64,000 nucleotides of DNA from a virus (Duplodnaviria; Caudoviricetes). Every line of letters begins with the position of its first letter. Positions within the stretch are counted from its first letter, which is position 1. Below are positions 18,867-28,646 of the stretch, one piece after another. Made by a program: the position numbers and the translations under genes. The notes beneath the pieces were generated by a model, which was not told where the DNA came from, made no database searches, and saw only the letters and a list, made by a program, of their open reading frames with translations. The stretch covers positions 1,249 through 65,248 of IMG/VR virus record IMGVR_UViG_3300033064_005393; one strand, 5' to 3'.

Positions 18867-19973
18867 TTATATTACCATTATACTTGCTGGAAGTGCTCTG
18901 TATTGTAGTGACTTATTTAGTGCTTCTGCTTGATTGGCTTTCACTTCCATCATTTTATCCGGTCTCAGTCTCTCTAACCTTGCTGAAAGTTCCTCAAGAA
19001 GTTTCATCTTTTCGTCTTTTGCTTCGGTAAGAAGTGAGTCGTATTCCAATTGTAGTTCAGAATCTGGAGTTTTCAAGTTTCCACTATACTTTCCTCTTAC
19101 ACGACCCAAAGTTTCCTTAACATATGATGTAAACCAACGTCTTACCCAGTTTTGTGCAGGTGAGTTAAGTTCATCCCACCTTGTTTCATCAATAGGAATA
19201 TCAGATGGAAGTCTAACTACGTCAGGATTTTTTGATAAACAATCTTCTCTGTCTTCGGTATCGTAGTACCAATACCAAACACGATAGTCGTTTGTTGCAA
19301 TATTTCCAAAGTCAAATTTACCACCAGGTACGTTGTATAAATGAAGTGCTTTTGCGCCACCTGGTAATGCTGTGATTCTGTAAGTCAAATCACCTGTGAT
19401 CAGTCTTCTCTTCATTGTGATGTCTTGCATTCTCAACAAAATATCAAATGCTGGCGTGATAAAGTAATTACCCGTTGTACCCATTTGTGAGAAACCTGCG
19501 CCACCACCCAAACCAATACCTCCAAATCCACCCATAAATGGATCAAAGTAAGCAGCACTAAGTTCTGATCTCGCAAACCACAAAAGTTCGTTTACTTCAC
19601 GACCTTTCGGAATTTCATAAATCTGTTGGTCAGTTACAAGATCAATATAGTCTTTTTTCAAGACACTATCACCACCTGCTTGTAGTCCTACTATTTTAGA
19701 GTATGCATAAGTATATTTGGTTTCCCAGTCCAAACTGCGGGTTAGAAAGGCTTTGGTTAAAGACTGAGTATCTAAGTCTAATCCGTATAATGAAGTCCAC
19801 TGAGATTCGATTAACCAATCATTTACATATTGTGCATAATCCTGAATTGCAAACTCCAACAAAGAGTCCATCATCTCATCTTCAACCTCTACACTACGAA
19901 TTGGGGCACCTAAAAGGTGTTTGATTCTTGTGTATAATTTGGTCCTACCAGGTTCAGCAATTAGTACAGCCAT
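18867..19973 (-). CDS. Neck/head-completion protein (T4 gp13-like)
   Basis: LGAPIRSVEV..E near the N-terminus and WVRRW...KETLGRVRGKY...L..EA..E...L.EEL near the C-terminus. Confidence 0.75.
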   Translation of the reverse strand: MAVLIAEPGRTKLYTRIKHLLGAPIRSVEVEDEMMDSLLEFAIQDYAQYVNDWLIESQWTSLYGLDLDTQSLTKAFLTRSLDWETKYTYAYSKIVGLQAGGDSVLKKDYIDLVTDQQIYEIPKGREVNELLWFARSELSAAYFDPFMGGFGGIGLGGGAGFSQMGTTGNYFITPAFDILLRMQDITMKRRLITGDLTYRITALPGGAKALHLYNVPGGKFDFGNIATNDYRVWYWYYDTEDREDCLSKNPDVVRLPSDIPIDETRWDELNSPAQNWVRRWFTSYVKETLGRVRGKYSGNLKTPDSELQLEYDSLLTEAKDEKMKLLEELSARLERLRPDKMMEVKANQAEALNKSLQYRALPASIMVI

Positions 19974-19999
19974 TCAAGTAATTTCTATATAAATATCAT

Positions 20000-21559
20000 T
20001 TAACCTTTAATTTGGTCTTCTGCGTGAAAAACATAATTTCCATAAACAATTTCAGTTCTGTTGTTTTGAAAAACCATTGTTTCTCTGTTGTTGTGGAAAA
20101 CCAAATAGTCGGTTTTGTAAGGTTTTACTTGTGCGGTTTTGTATACCGTAATTTTACCATCCTTTTCTTCATAACTCCCAAATGGTTTGATTTGCATTGT
20201 TTTGGTTCCTTCGGGTGTTTGCATAAATGCGTCCACACCTTTCAACATATCTTCACCACTTCCGAGTTCACCAGTTTTGAATATCTCGTCAGTATTAAAA
20301 ATCTTTTTTAGTTGAACCACAGCATCAAATTCACGTTGATCTCCCTGTTTGTGTTTTGCATCCAAAGTAGACATAATCGCACTAAATGTTCCTGAGTTTG
20401 TGTCAAAAATTCTAAATTGAAGATCTCTTATAACTTTGACCAATCTTTGAGTTTCTTTAATTTGAATATCAGAATTTTGACCAACTATATTGATGGCATC
20501 TAACCCTTGATGACGTAGGTATGTGTTTATATCATTTACTATTGTACAAAACAAAGTGTAGTTGGTATTCAATTTGTTGATAACAGATCTACCTGGTTGT
20601 TCAAAGTCATAAACGCCATAAAAAGAACCAGGTTCGTATTGGTTTTGATCGTACCAATATTCTTTATACACAGTTTTTAGGATTGAATCAATACCTCTAC
20701 GATATGTTGCCTTAACATCGGGATTTGTGTTGAATACTTCTCTGAATGCCTCAAGTTGATTTCTGTTACAACCTCTTGATTGACCTTCAGAAATTATTTG
20801 TTTGAATTTTACACTTTCTTTCAACTTTTTTTCTGTTCTTTCAATATATATTTTGTTAACAAATTTCCAATTTACAACCCGCCAAAAGTTTTTTATGTAT
20901 TGATCTCTTCTGTTACGATATTTTAAGTAGTAGGCGTGTTCCCATATATCAAGACCTAATAGTGGGTATCCACCGTCCTTAATGGTGTCCATCAGGGGAT
21001 TATCTTGATTAGTTGTTGTCATAATTTTTAGTTTACCTGAATTGGTGAGAACCAACCAAACCCAACCTGATCCAAACTTCTTTGTTGCTTCTTCATTGAA
21101 TTTTGTTTTAAAGTCCTCCATAGAACCAAAATCCTTTTTTATTCTTTGGATTACTGGACCTATTGCTCTTGATTCGGTTGGTGTCAACATCTTCCAAAAT
21201 AATGCGTGGTTAAAAGCACCACCTGCATTATTTCTAATGTCATCGGTAAATCTGTTTATTGATTGAACTATTTGTTCAAGTTCCATATCGGAACCTTTTC
21301 TCTTTTCTAAGGCTTTGTTGAGTTTGTCTACGTATCCTTTGTAGTGTTTGTTGTAGTGAGTTGACATTGTTTCTTGGTCAATGAAAACCTCAAGGGCAGA
21401 AAAGGAGTATGGTAATCTATCTATACCTACTTTCTTCATTTCTAATAAGATTGGTTTGTTAATTCCTTCGGATTCTTCAATCTGACGAGAGATAACCTCA
21501 TCAAATTCCATCATTTCTTCGAGTTTGGAAATCCTTTTGTGGAGTTTAGAAAATTTCAT
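20000..21559 (-). CDS. Fe/Mn superoxide dismutase fused to a C-terminal region ending in a PD-(D/E)xK-like domain
   Basis: LPY..ALE, HYNKH, NHALFW, FGSGWVWL, NQDNP and DIWEHAYY, then about 280 extra residues including G..RE...KGVDAF...TMQIKP. Confidence 0.9.
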   Translation of the reverse strand: MKFSKLHKRISKLEEMMEFDEVISRQIEESEGINKPILLEMKKVGIDRLPYSFSALEVFIDQETMSTHYNKHYKGYVDKLNKALEKRKGSDMELEQIVQSINRFTDDIRNNAGGAFNHALFWKMLTPTESRAIGPVIQRIKKDFGSMEDFKTKFNEEATKKFGSGWVWLVLTNSGKLKIMTTTNQDNPLMDTIKDGGYPLLGLDIWEHAYYLKYRNRRDQYIKNFWRVVNWKFVNKIYIERTEKKLKESVKFKQIISEGQSRGCNRNQLEAFREVFNTNPDVKATYRRGIDSILKTVYKEYWYDQNQYEPGSFYGVYDFEQPGRSVINKLNTNYTLFCTIVNDINTYLRHQGLDAINIVGQNSDIQIKETQRLVKVIRDLQFRIFDTNSGTFSAIMSTLDAKHKQGDQREFDAVVQLKKIFNTDEIFKTGELGSGEDMLKGVDAFMQTPEGTKTMQIKPFGSYEEKDGKITVYKTAQVKPYKTDYLVFHNNRETMVFQNNRTEIVYGNYVFHAEDQIKG

Positions 21560-21589
21560 TCTGTTATTTTAAAGATAAATACATAGAAA

Positions 21590-23356
21590 TTATAAGTTTC
21601 TCCGCATCGATATCTCATTTAATATTTGTTCGAGGATATCACCCTTTTGTGGGTTGTCCCCCATCACGATTTCAAATATGTTCTTTTTGTTTTGGAGTAT
21701 ATCATAAATAATAGACTCTATAGTATTTTCAAAAATAGGATAATACACCAATACGTTATTTTTTTGTCCGTATCGGTATGCCCTATCTTCTGCTTGTGAG
21801 TGATCAGAAGGCACAAAAGACAAGTCGTTCATAATAACGGCCTCTGCGGATGTCAGATTAATACCAACACCTGCAGCTTTTATATTACCAACAAACACTT
21901 GAATTTTTTCATCTGTTTGAAATCTGTCAACTGATTTCTGACGTTCATCTTTTGACATTGATCCGTCCAATTTAACCGCAGTCTTTCCAAAGTGTTCAAC
22001 AATTTGGTTTAGACTATTCGTAAAGTTTGTAAAGATGATAACCTTCTTTCCTTGTTCTATAATGTTCTCGGCAATTTCACAAGTGTTCTTTATTTTTTCT
22101 TCAGCGATCACTTGTCTTACTTTCATAAGTTTACTGAACTGAACAGTGAGTGAACCCGATTCTTGTCCTTGATCAAACCACCTGTAATATTCTCCCATAA
22201 GTTCCTCATAATCCCGTGACTTGAGTTTTAAATAAATTGGAGTAACAATCTTATCAGGGAGATCCAAAATTTCTTCTTTCAATCTTCTTAGCACCTGAGG
22301 TTTTATTCTATCACGTAATTCCTCTAAATTAGATGCCCCCTGAACATTCCAAATTTTCTTTCTACCAACGGTGAATTGATATCCGTTACAATATCTTCTA
22401 ACATAACCCATCCAATTAAAGGCAACTGGTGAATCAACCAAATTGAGTAGGTTGTAGTAGTTCATAGGTCTTGAAGTCATCGGAGTACCCGTCAACAACC
22501 AAACCTTACCGACTTTGTTAATAATATCGTTTGCTATTTTGGTTCTCGCTGCTTGTGTGTTTTGGATGTAGTGAGCTTCATCGGCAACGATTAAGTCAAA
22601 CCCCTCGTTTAGGATCACAGAATTTTTTCTGTCTTGTGGGTCGTGAAAGTTTTTTAGGATGTCGTAGTTGATGATTACAAAGTCGGCAGACTCCCAAATC
22701 TTTCCCTCAACGATGGATACGCTCTTATCGGTATAGTTTGCAATTTCTCTTTTCCAGTTAATCTTTAGTGATGCGGGACATACAATCAAAACCTTTTTCA
22801 GGTTTGCCTCTAAAGCGGCAATCACCGCAGATGTTGTTTTACCAAGACCCATATCATCCGCCAAAATAAATTTGTCATTTCCGACAAGTTTTTCGATTGA
22901 TTCTTTTTGGTGGTTCAGGGGTGGTCGTTGCGAATATTTCGAATAATCAATCTCTACCTTACGTTCTCTGTTAATAGGAATCGCGCTCTTTGGTAACCAA
23001 AAATCGTGAAGTTCTTCAGATTCAAAAATTTTACCCCAAACGTGGTAGGATTTATCTTTTTCCAACAACAATTTTTCTATGTAGACTTTTTTGGGTTCTT
23101 TGGTGTATAGTTTGTCTTCCATCATCTTCTTTGAGAAGTATGTATCAAGATCAACCCACTTACGAGCCACCTTCGGAACAACCTCGTGATAATCTATTAT
23201 ATAGTCACATTGGTTTCTTGTTATCTTAAAGTTTTTGTTTGTTAAGAATTTTTTCTTGAGCCGGAGTATATAATTGTTAGACCCCTCGTATGTTTCCAAA
23301 ATACGATGAGCCCTAACCTCGGGAATATGTGATATTATGTTTAGATCTTGTTCCAC
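21590..23356 (-). CDS. SNF2-family (SMARCAL1/HARP-like) helicase
   Basis: LADDMGLGKT, CPASLK.NW, DEAH, LLTGTP, GVGINLT and QAEDRAYRYGQ. Confidence 0.93.
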   Translation of the reverse strand: MEQDLNIISHIPEVRAHRILETYEGSNNYILRLKKKFLTNKNFKITRNQCDYIIDYHEVVPKVARKWVDLDTYFSKKMMEDKLYTKEPKKVYIEKLLLEKDKSYHVWGKIFESEELHDFWLPKSAIPINRERKVEIDYSKYSQRPPLNHQKESIEKLVGNDKFILADDMGLGKTTSAVIAALEANLKKVLIVCPASLKINWKREIANYTDKSVSIVEGKIWESADFVIINYDILKNFHDPQDRKNSVILNEGFDLIVADEAHYIQNTQAARTKIANDIINKVGKVWLLTGTPMTSRPMNYYNLLNLVDSPVAFNWMGYVRRYCNGYQFTVGRKKIWNVQGASNLEELRDRIKPQVLRRLKEEILDLPDKIVTPIYLKLKSRDYEELMGEYYRWFDQGQESGSLTVQFSKLMKVRQVIAEEKIKNTCEIAENIIEQGKKVIIFTNFTNSLNQIVEHFGKTAVKLDGSMSKDERQKSVDRFQTDEKIQVFVGNIKAAGVGINLTSAEAVIMNDLSFVPSDHSQAEDRAYRYGQKNNVLVYYPIFENTIESIIYDILQNKKNIFEIVMGDNPQKGDILEQILNEISMRRNL

Positions 23357-23402
23357 AAAAATTACTTAATGAAATATAATTGATTTGTCAATATTTATCA
23401 AT

Positions 23403-23921
23403 ATGAGTGTAAATCGTAAAAATCCTATTACTCGTTTAAATAAATTCTTCGGCGGTGAAGATTATATTTTGGATATCTCAATGGGTCGTGAATGGCTTAA
23501 TGGGGATATGAATTTTACTTTGGTATTATATTCTGTTGATATTGCACGAACAATAAAGGATGATGTCTACGGTGAAGTAACCTCTGATGGTATTCAATAC
23601 AAAGCACCTGTGGAGTTTAAGGCATATGTAAAAATTGCAGAGGCAACCAACGATTTTATCAACGGATCAAGAATTTTGCAAAATGAACCAGGTAATATGA
23701 CTTTCTCAGTATACCATAAAGAACTTGAAGAATTAAAAACCAACATCAAACTCGGTGACTACATTGGTTACTGGATCGATGAGAATGAAATGAGATTTTA
23801 TTCCGTCGTTGATGCTGCAACACCTGACTACGATAACAAACACACCTATGGAGGTTATAAATCTTTCTATTATTCTTACACGGCAACACCGGTAAGTGCA
23901 ACGGAATTTGACGGATTCTAA
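23403..23921 (+). CDS. Putative neck/head-closure protein (gp14-like)
   Basis: Position before the tail terminator and sheath; DDVYGE motif. Start moved to the ATG at 23403, just after a TATTTAT motif. Confidence 0.6.
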   Translation: MSVNRKNPITRLNKFFGGEDYILDISMGREWLNGDMNFTLVLYSVDIARTIKDDVYGEVTSDGIQYKAPVEFKAYVKIAEATNDFINGSRILQNEPGNMTFSVYHKELEELKTNIKLGDYIGYWIDENEMRFYSVVDAATPDYDNKHTYGGYKSFYYSYTATPVSATEFDGF

Positions 23922-24961
23922 TGGCAGTACCTAAAAAAATAAAATCCACATTACCTCTTGTTCCAAAAAAGGAACTATACCCAAGAAGAGAACAACTTTT
24001 GGAATTTATCCAAAAGGACGGCACCTATTTACCAAAAAGTGTTTTGCACGCGGACTTAGACAGGGGGATGTTAGACTTTGTTCGTGACGACCTAAAATTA
24101 TATAGTGACGGTAAGATTGTTCCTGCTGTTGATATTATCATCACCACACAAAATTGGGCTCAGTTTACTGAAACTTGGAATTTTCAGGATTTGAATGGTA
24201 ATGTTCTTCCTCCTTTTATTACAACGGTCAGACAACCTGATGTAAAATACGGTAGTAATCCAGCGTTGTTCTATAACATACCCAACAGAAAAGAATTCAT
24301 TTATGCCAAAGTTCCTACTTGGGACGGAACGAGAAAGGGTGTTGATATCTACAAGATACCTCAACCTGTTCCTGTAGATATTGTCTACAACGTGAAGATT
24401 GTTTGTAATAGAATGAGAGAATTAAATTCTTTCAACAAAAATGTGATGCAAACATTTGCCTCACGACAGGCATATACATTCATCAAGGGACATTATGTTC
24501 CAATTATTTTGGACAATGTTAGTGATGAGTCTGAAATGTCAGTTGATAAGAGAAAATATTACATTCAAACCTACACATTTACTATGTTAGGGTTTTTGAT
24601 TGATGAAGAAGAGTTTCAAGTATCACCTGGTATTTCTCGAGCATTTACGATGGTGGAAGTTGCATCAAGAACAGGAGCAAGAAGAGCAAAAGGTCAACCT
24701 CCACGTCCCGACAATTTTGATTTAGATTTTAGGTATTCAGGTGACACCACAACTATTAGTGAAACCTTTAGATATACGGCAAACCTTATTGTGAACGATA
24801 CAAACAATGTTGAGTCATTCTCCGTTTATTTCAATGACTTATATGTTGGTGATAATGTTTACAACATTCAGGTTACAAATGGTGACCTTGTAAGAGTCGA
24901 AGTAGTCAAATCAATACCTGATCAGTATTCCAATATTGAGGTGAGAGCATTCCTCCTTTAA
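23921..24961 (+). CDS. Tail terminator/sheath stabiliser (gp15-like)
   Basis: LPPFIT.., P.PVPVDIVYNV and F.MLGFL pattern; lies directly before the sheath gene. Confidence 0.65.
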   Translation: MAVPKKIKSTLPLVPKKELYPRREQLLEFIQKDGTYLPKSVLHADLDRGMLDFVRDDLKLYSDGKIVPAVDIIITTQNWAQFTETWNFQDLNGNVLPPFITTVRQPDVKYGSNPALFYNIPNRKEFIYAKVPTWDGTRKGVDIYKIPQPVPVDIVYNVKIVCNRMRELNSFNKNVMQTFASRQAYTFIKGHYVPIILDNVSDESEMSVDKRKYYIQTYTFTMLGFLIDEEEFQVSPGISRAFTMVEVASRTGARRAKGQPPRPDNFDLDFRYSGDTTTISETFRYTANLIVNDTNNVESFSVYFNDLYVGDNVYNIQVTNGDLVRVEVVKSIPDQYSNIEVRAFLL

Positions 24962-25110
24962 CCTTCCCCGTAGATATCTTTTTCTTCTTTACAGTTTTCC
25001 TGTATTAGTAACTCCAAATACTTGTGGATCTTGTAACCTTTTTTGTTGCAGTGGTTTTTCAACAATCTGTGAGTAGACTCCGATATTTTAATATTTTTAA
25101 TAGATTCCAT
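24958..25110 (-). CDS. Small ribbon-helix-helix DNA-binding protein; not in the ORF track
   Basis: Hand translation MESIKNIKISESTHRLLKNHCNKKGYKIHKYLELLIQENCKEEKDIYGEG* (50 aa): beta strand KNIKI, helix, Gly turn, helix. Confidence 0.7.
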   Translation of the reverse strand: MESIKNIKISESTHRLLKNHCNKKGYKIHKYLELLIQENCKEEKDIYGEG

Positions 25111-25230
25111 AACAAAGATAAAAAAAGCAGAAAAATAGGCGCTTTTTCAATAAATATGGAATATAGCATAAATCCTTTTGAAAAAAACTGAATATTTATG
25201 ATAAATAAAAAACTGTAACACGCAATTTAA

Positions 25231-28200
25231 ATGGCAACATCAAACAAAGTATTTGTCTCACCTGGAGTATACACTTCTGAAAGAGACTTGAGTTTTGTGG
25301 CACAAAGCGTCGGTGTAACAACCTTAGGTATCGTTGGTGAAACTTTCCAAGGACCCGCTTTTGAACCAATATTCATAACAAATTTTGACGAGTTTGCAGC
25401 AATTTTCGGTGGTACTTCTCCACAGAAATTTGTCAACACTCAGATCCCAAAATACGAAGCAGCCTATATCGCTAAGGCTTATCTTCAGCAATCTAACCAA
25501 CTATTCGTAACAAGAGTACTTGGTCTTTCAGGTTACGATGCGGGTCCTTCTTGGACTATTTCAACCATCGGTAACATAAACCCATCAACTGTTGAGTTAT
25601 TGGGAGTATCAGGCCCACACAACGTTTTCTTCACAGGATCGACTGGTTCAACTTCATCGTTAGACATTTCAAACCTTCCTCAAGACGTTCAGGACGATTT
25701 TTACAATCCTTACACTCTGTATAACGGTAATGAGTCTTCTATTGATGCTGACTTCACAACTTCAGTATTGAACGAAATTAGCTTATTCGCTAACTCAGCG
25801 GTCAATTCAGGTACCACAGCATATTTGTGGGGAGCTCTCGACGGAACAGATTTCGGAACTTTAACAGGATCTACAACACTCAATACTGTTTCTGGTGTTA
25901 CTGAATACTTTGATGTTGATAACTACATCTTTGAAGATATGACATTATCGGCAAACACCAATGATGTTTGGTGGTATGGTACTTTTGATTATCAAACAGG
26001 TGTTACATCTACTGGTTCTTACCTAAGTTCATACACAGGTTACAGTTTAGGTGCTGTGTTGACTGACATCGTTACCTTAGGTGGTGGTTTGTATAGTGGT
26101 ACAATGGAAACCTATGTAAATGATTTTTCAGGTCAAACTTATCCAACATATGATAACGTAGTTGTTGCAACTCTTCGTTCAAGAGGTATTAATACAAACA
26201 CAAGTGGTGGTCCTGTATATACTGTTTCAGGTACTTCACAAGTCACTATGATCGGATCAGGATCATACAGTGGAATTTCTCTTAATCCATTTGAAACTTT
26301 CGTAATTTCGGGAAATACTGTTGAGGGTGAGTCATTCAATTTTGAAACCTCTATGAACTTGGCAGACACAAATTACTTAACTAAAGTATTTGGTGGTTCT
26401 AATTTTGGTAAACCAAGAAATGAGGTTCCTCTTTTTGTTGAAGAGGTCTTTAATTCAATATTAGTTGATGGTTACAATCAGGGAGAAATTCGTGGTCTTT
26501 CCGCAAATATATTAGGACTTGGAGAAGCACGTGGTTTTAATGACTCATCATCGATTGCATATTATCTTCAACAATTTCAGACACCCGAAACACCTTATTT
26601 AGTTTCTGAATTACGTGGTAACATTGTATACAGATTGTTTAAGTTTATTTTGGTTTCAGATGGTAACGCAGCAAACGCACAAGTTAAAATTTCAATCGGT
26701 AATATTTCTTTTGGAAACGGAACATTCGATGTAATCGTAAGAGATTTCTTTGATACCGATCAGAACCCTGTAGTCATTGAAAAGTTTACTAATTGTTCTC
26801 TTAATCCTACTGCTAATAGTTTCGTAGCTAAGAAAATTGGATCAGCTAATGGTGAATTCTTACTTCAATCAAAATATATTATGGTTGAAATGGATGAAGA
26901 ATCACCTGTAGACGCACTACCTTGTGGTTTTGAAGGTTACAATATGAGGGAATATGCTGGATTAACACCTCCATTCCCTGTTTATAAAACACAATACTAT
27001 ACACCAGGACAAATCATTGCAAATCCACCTTTTGGTACTCCACTCGGAACTGATAATGCAATAAGAAGTTCAGGTGATAAAGTAAGAAGAGCGTATTTAG
27101 GTATTTCTACCTCTGTAGGTATTGACCCATCTTTCTACAACTACAAAGGTCAACAAATAATTAGTTCAACACCAACATCTCAACCTTGGCCGTACATTAC
27201 CAAAGGTTTCCATATGGACTCAGGAGCTACTGTAGTAACAATCCAAGGGGGTTATGTTGACTCAGGTCAAACAGCATTCGATTGTGGTGTAGGATCGTTC
27301 CAATCGGATCCCACAAGTCAGTCAAACCCTTACTACTTCCTATATTCTAGAAAGTTCACATTACTAGCACAAGGAGGTTTTGATGGATGGGATGTGTATC
27401 GTGAGTATCGTTCTAATAACGACTCATTCACTTTGGGTAACACAGGTTACTTGATAAATGCACAATACAGTCCGTCTTATCCTGAGGCAACAGGATGGGG
27501 AGCATTCAAACAGATTACAGGTCCAGACCAACAAGAATGGGATAACTCTGATTTCTACGCTTACCTATGGGGTCAACAGACATTTGCAAATCCTGAAGCG
27601 GTTAATATCAATGTATTTGTTACACCTGGTATTGATTTCATCAATAACTCGAACTTGGTTGAAAATGCAATTGATGTTGTTGAACAAGATAGAGCTGACT
27701 CAATTTATATTATGACGGCACCTGACTACAATATGTTTGTACCTAATACTAATAACTTTGATGGTGACTTTATTTACCCACAAGAAATTGTGGATAGTTT
27801 AGAAGAGTCAGGAATTGATTCGAACTACACCGCGACTTACTACCCTTGGATTTTGGTCAGAGATGGTGTTAACAACACCCAAGTATACATCCCACCAACT
27901 TCTGAAGTTGTGAGAAACTTGGCTTTGACCGATAATATCGCATTCCCTTGGTTCGCAACTGCGGGTTACACAAGAGGTTTGGTAAATGCGGTTAAAGCAC
28001 GTAAGAAATTGACTCAAGAAGATAGAGATACTCTATATAATGGTAGAATTAACCCGATTGCGACCTTCTCAGATGTTGGTACCGTTATTTGGGGTAACAA
28101 AACAACTCAAATTAGACAGTCTGCTCTTGATAGAATAAACGTAAGAAGATTGTTACTACAAGCTCGTAAGTTGATATCTTCAGTTGCTGTTAGATTACTA

Positions 28201-28440
28201 TTCGAACAAAATGACGATCAAGTTCGTCAACAGTTCTTGGATTCGGTTAACCCTATTCTTGACTCAATCAGAAGAGATAGAGGATTAATTGACTTCCGTG
28301 TGACGGTCTCAAGTTCACCTGAAGACTTGGATGCAAACCAACTTGTTGGTAAAATTTATCTAAAACCAACGAGAGCTCTCGAATTCATCGACATTGAATT
28401 CTTGATCACTCCAACAGGTGCATCTTTTGAAGATGTGTGA
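25231..28440 (+). CDS. Contractile tail sheath protein with a large inserted region
   Basis: SPGVYTSERDLS N-terminus; PWFATAGYTRG, RDTLY..RINPI, WGNKT, ALDRINVRRLL, LFEQND and P.RALEFI C-terminus. Confidence 0.97.
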   Translation: MATSNKVFVSPGVYTSERDLSFVAQSVGVTTLGIVGETFQGPAFEPIFITNFDEFAAIFGGTSPQKFVNTQIPKYEAAYIAKAYLQQSNQLFVTRVLGLSGYDAGPSWTISTIGNINPSTVELLGVSGPHNVFFTGSTGSTSSLDISNLPQDVQDDFYNPYTLYNGNESSIDADFTTSVLNEISLFANSAVNSGTTAYLWGALDGTDFGTLTGSTTLNTVSGVTEYFDVDNYIFEDMTLSANTNDVWWYGTFDYQTGVTSTGSYLSSYTGYSLGAVLTDIVTLGGGLYSGTMETYVNDFSGQTYPTYDNVVVATLRSRGINTNTSGGPVYTVSGTSQVTMIGSGSYSGISLNPFETFVISGNTVEGESFNFETSMNLADTNYLTKVFGGSNFGKPRNEVPLFVEEVFNSILVDGYNQGEIRGLSANILGLGEARGFNDSSSIAYYLQQFQTPETPYLVSELRGNIVYRLFKFILVSDGNAANAQVKISIGNISFGNGTFDVIVRDFFDTDQNPVVIEKFTNCSLNPTANSFVAKKIGSANGEFLLQSKYIMVEMDEESPVDALPCGFEGYNMREYAGLTPPFPVYKTQYYTPGQIIANPPFGTPLGTDNAIRSSGDKVRRAYLGISTSVGIDPSFYNYKGQQIISSTPTSQPWPYITKGFHMDSGATVVTIQGGYVDSGQTAFDCGVGSFQSDPTSQSNPYYFLYSRKFTLLAQGGFDGWDVYREYRSNNDSFTLGNTGYLINAQYSPSYPEATGWGAFKQITGPDQQEWDNSDFYAYLWGQQTFANPEAVNINVFVTPGIDFINNSNLVENAIDVVEQDRADSIYIMTAPDYNMFVPNTNNFDGDFIYPQEIVDSLEESGIDSNYTATYYPWILVRDGVNNTQVYIPPTSEVVRNLALTDNIAFPWFATAGYTRGLVNAVKARKKLTQEDRDTLYNGRINPIATFSDVGTVIWGNKTTQIRQSALDRINVRRLLLQARKLISSVAVRLLFEQNDDQVRQQFLDSVNPILDSIRRDRGLIDFRVTVSSSPEDLDANQLVGKIYLKPTRALEFIDIEFLITPTGASFEDV

Positions 28441-28450
28441 TAATAAAAAT

Positions 28451-28478
28451 AAAAGGTGGTCGTAAGATCACCTTTTTT
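28451..28478 (+). terminator. Intrinsic terminator after the sheath gene
   Basis: GGTGGTC-GTAA-GATCACC stem with a GNRA loop followed by TTTTTT. Confidence 0.8.
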
Positions 28479-28499
28479 GCCTTTTTAATATTTATTAGT

Positions 28500-28643
28500 A
28501 TGGAATTTAATAAAAAAACTTTTTTGGAGTCTTTAAGTAAGGACTCTAATGGTGTAAAAACATTTTCTGAAAAACCTCAGAATATCGTAATTAACGAAAC
28601 TCAATTAGAGAGATTGATTGATAAGTTATATTCTAACGATTAA
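28500..28643 (+). CDS. Small hypothetical protein (47 aa)
   Basis: MEFNKKTFLESL...NIVINETQLERLIDKLYSND; the ATG at 28500 follows the terminator and a TATTTAT motif at 28489-95. Confidence 0.65.
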   Translation: MEFNKKTFLESLSKDSNGVKTFSEKPQNIVINETQLERLIDKLYSND

Positions 28644-28646
28644 CAA

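Noticed and set aside
28437-28499. Upstream start given for the 68-aa ORF
   Set aside because: It runs through the sheath terminator hairpin; the ATG at 28500 after TATTTAT is more plausible.
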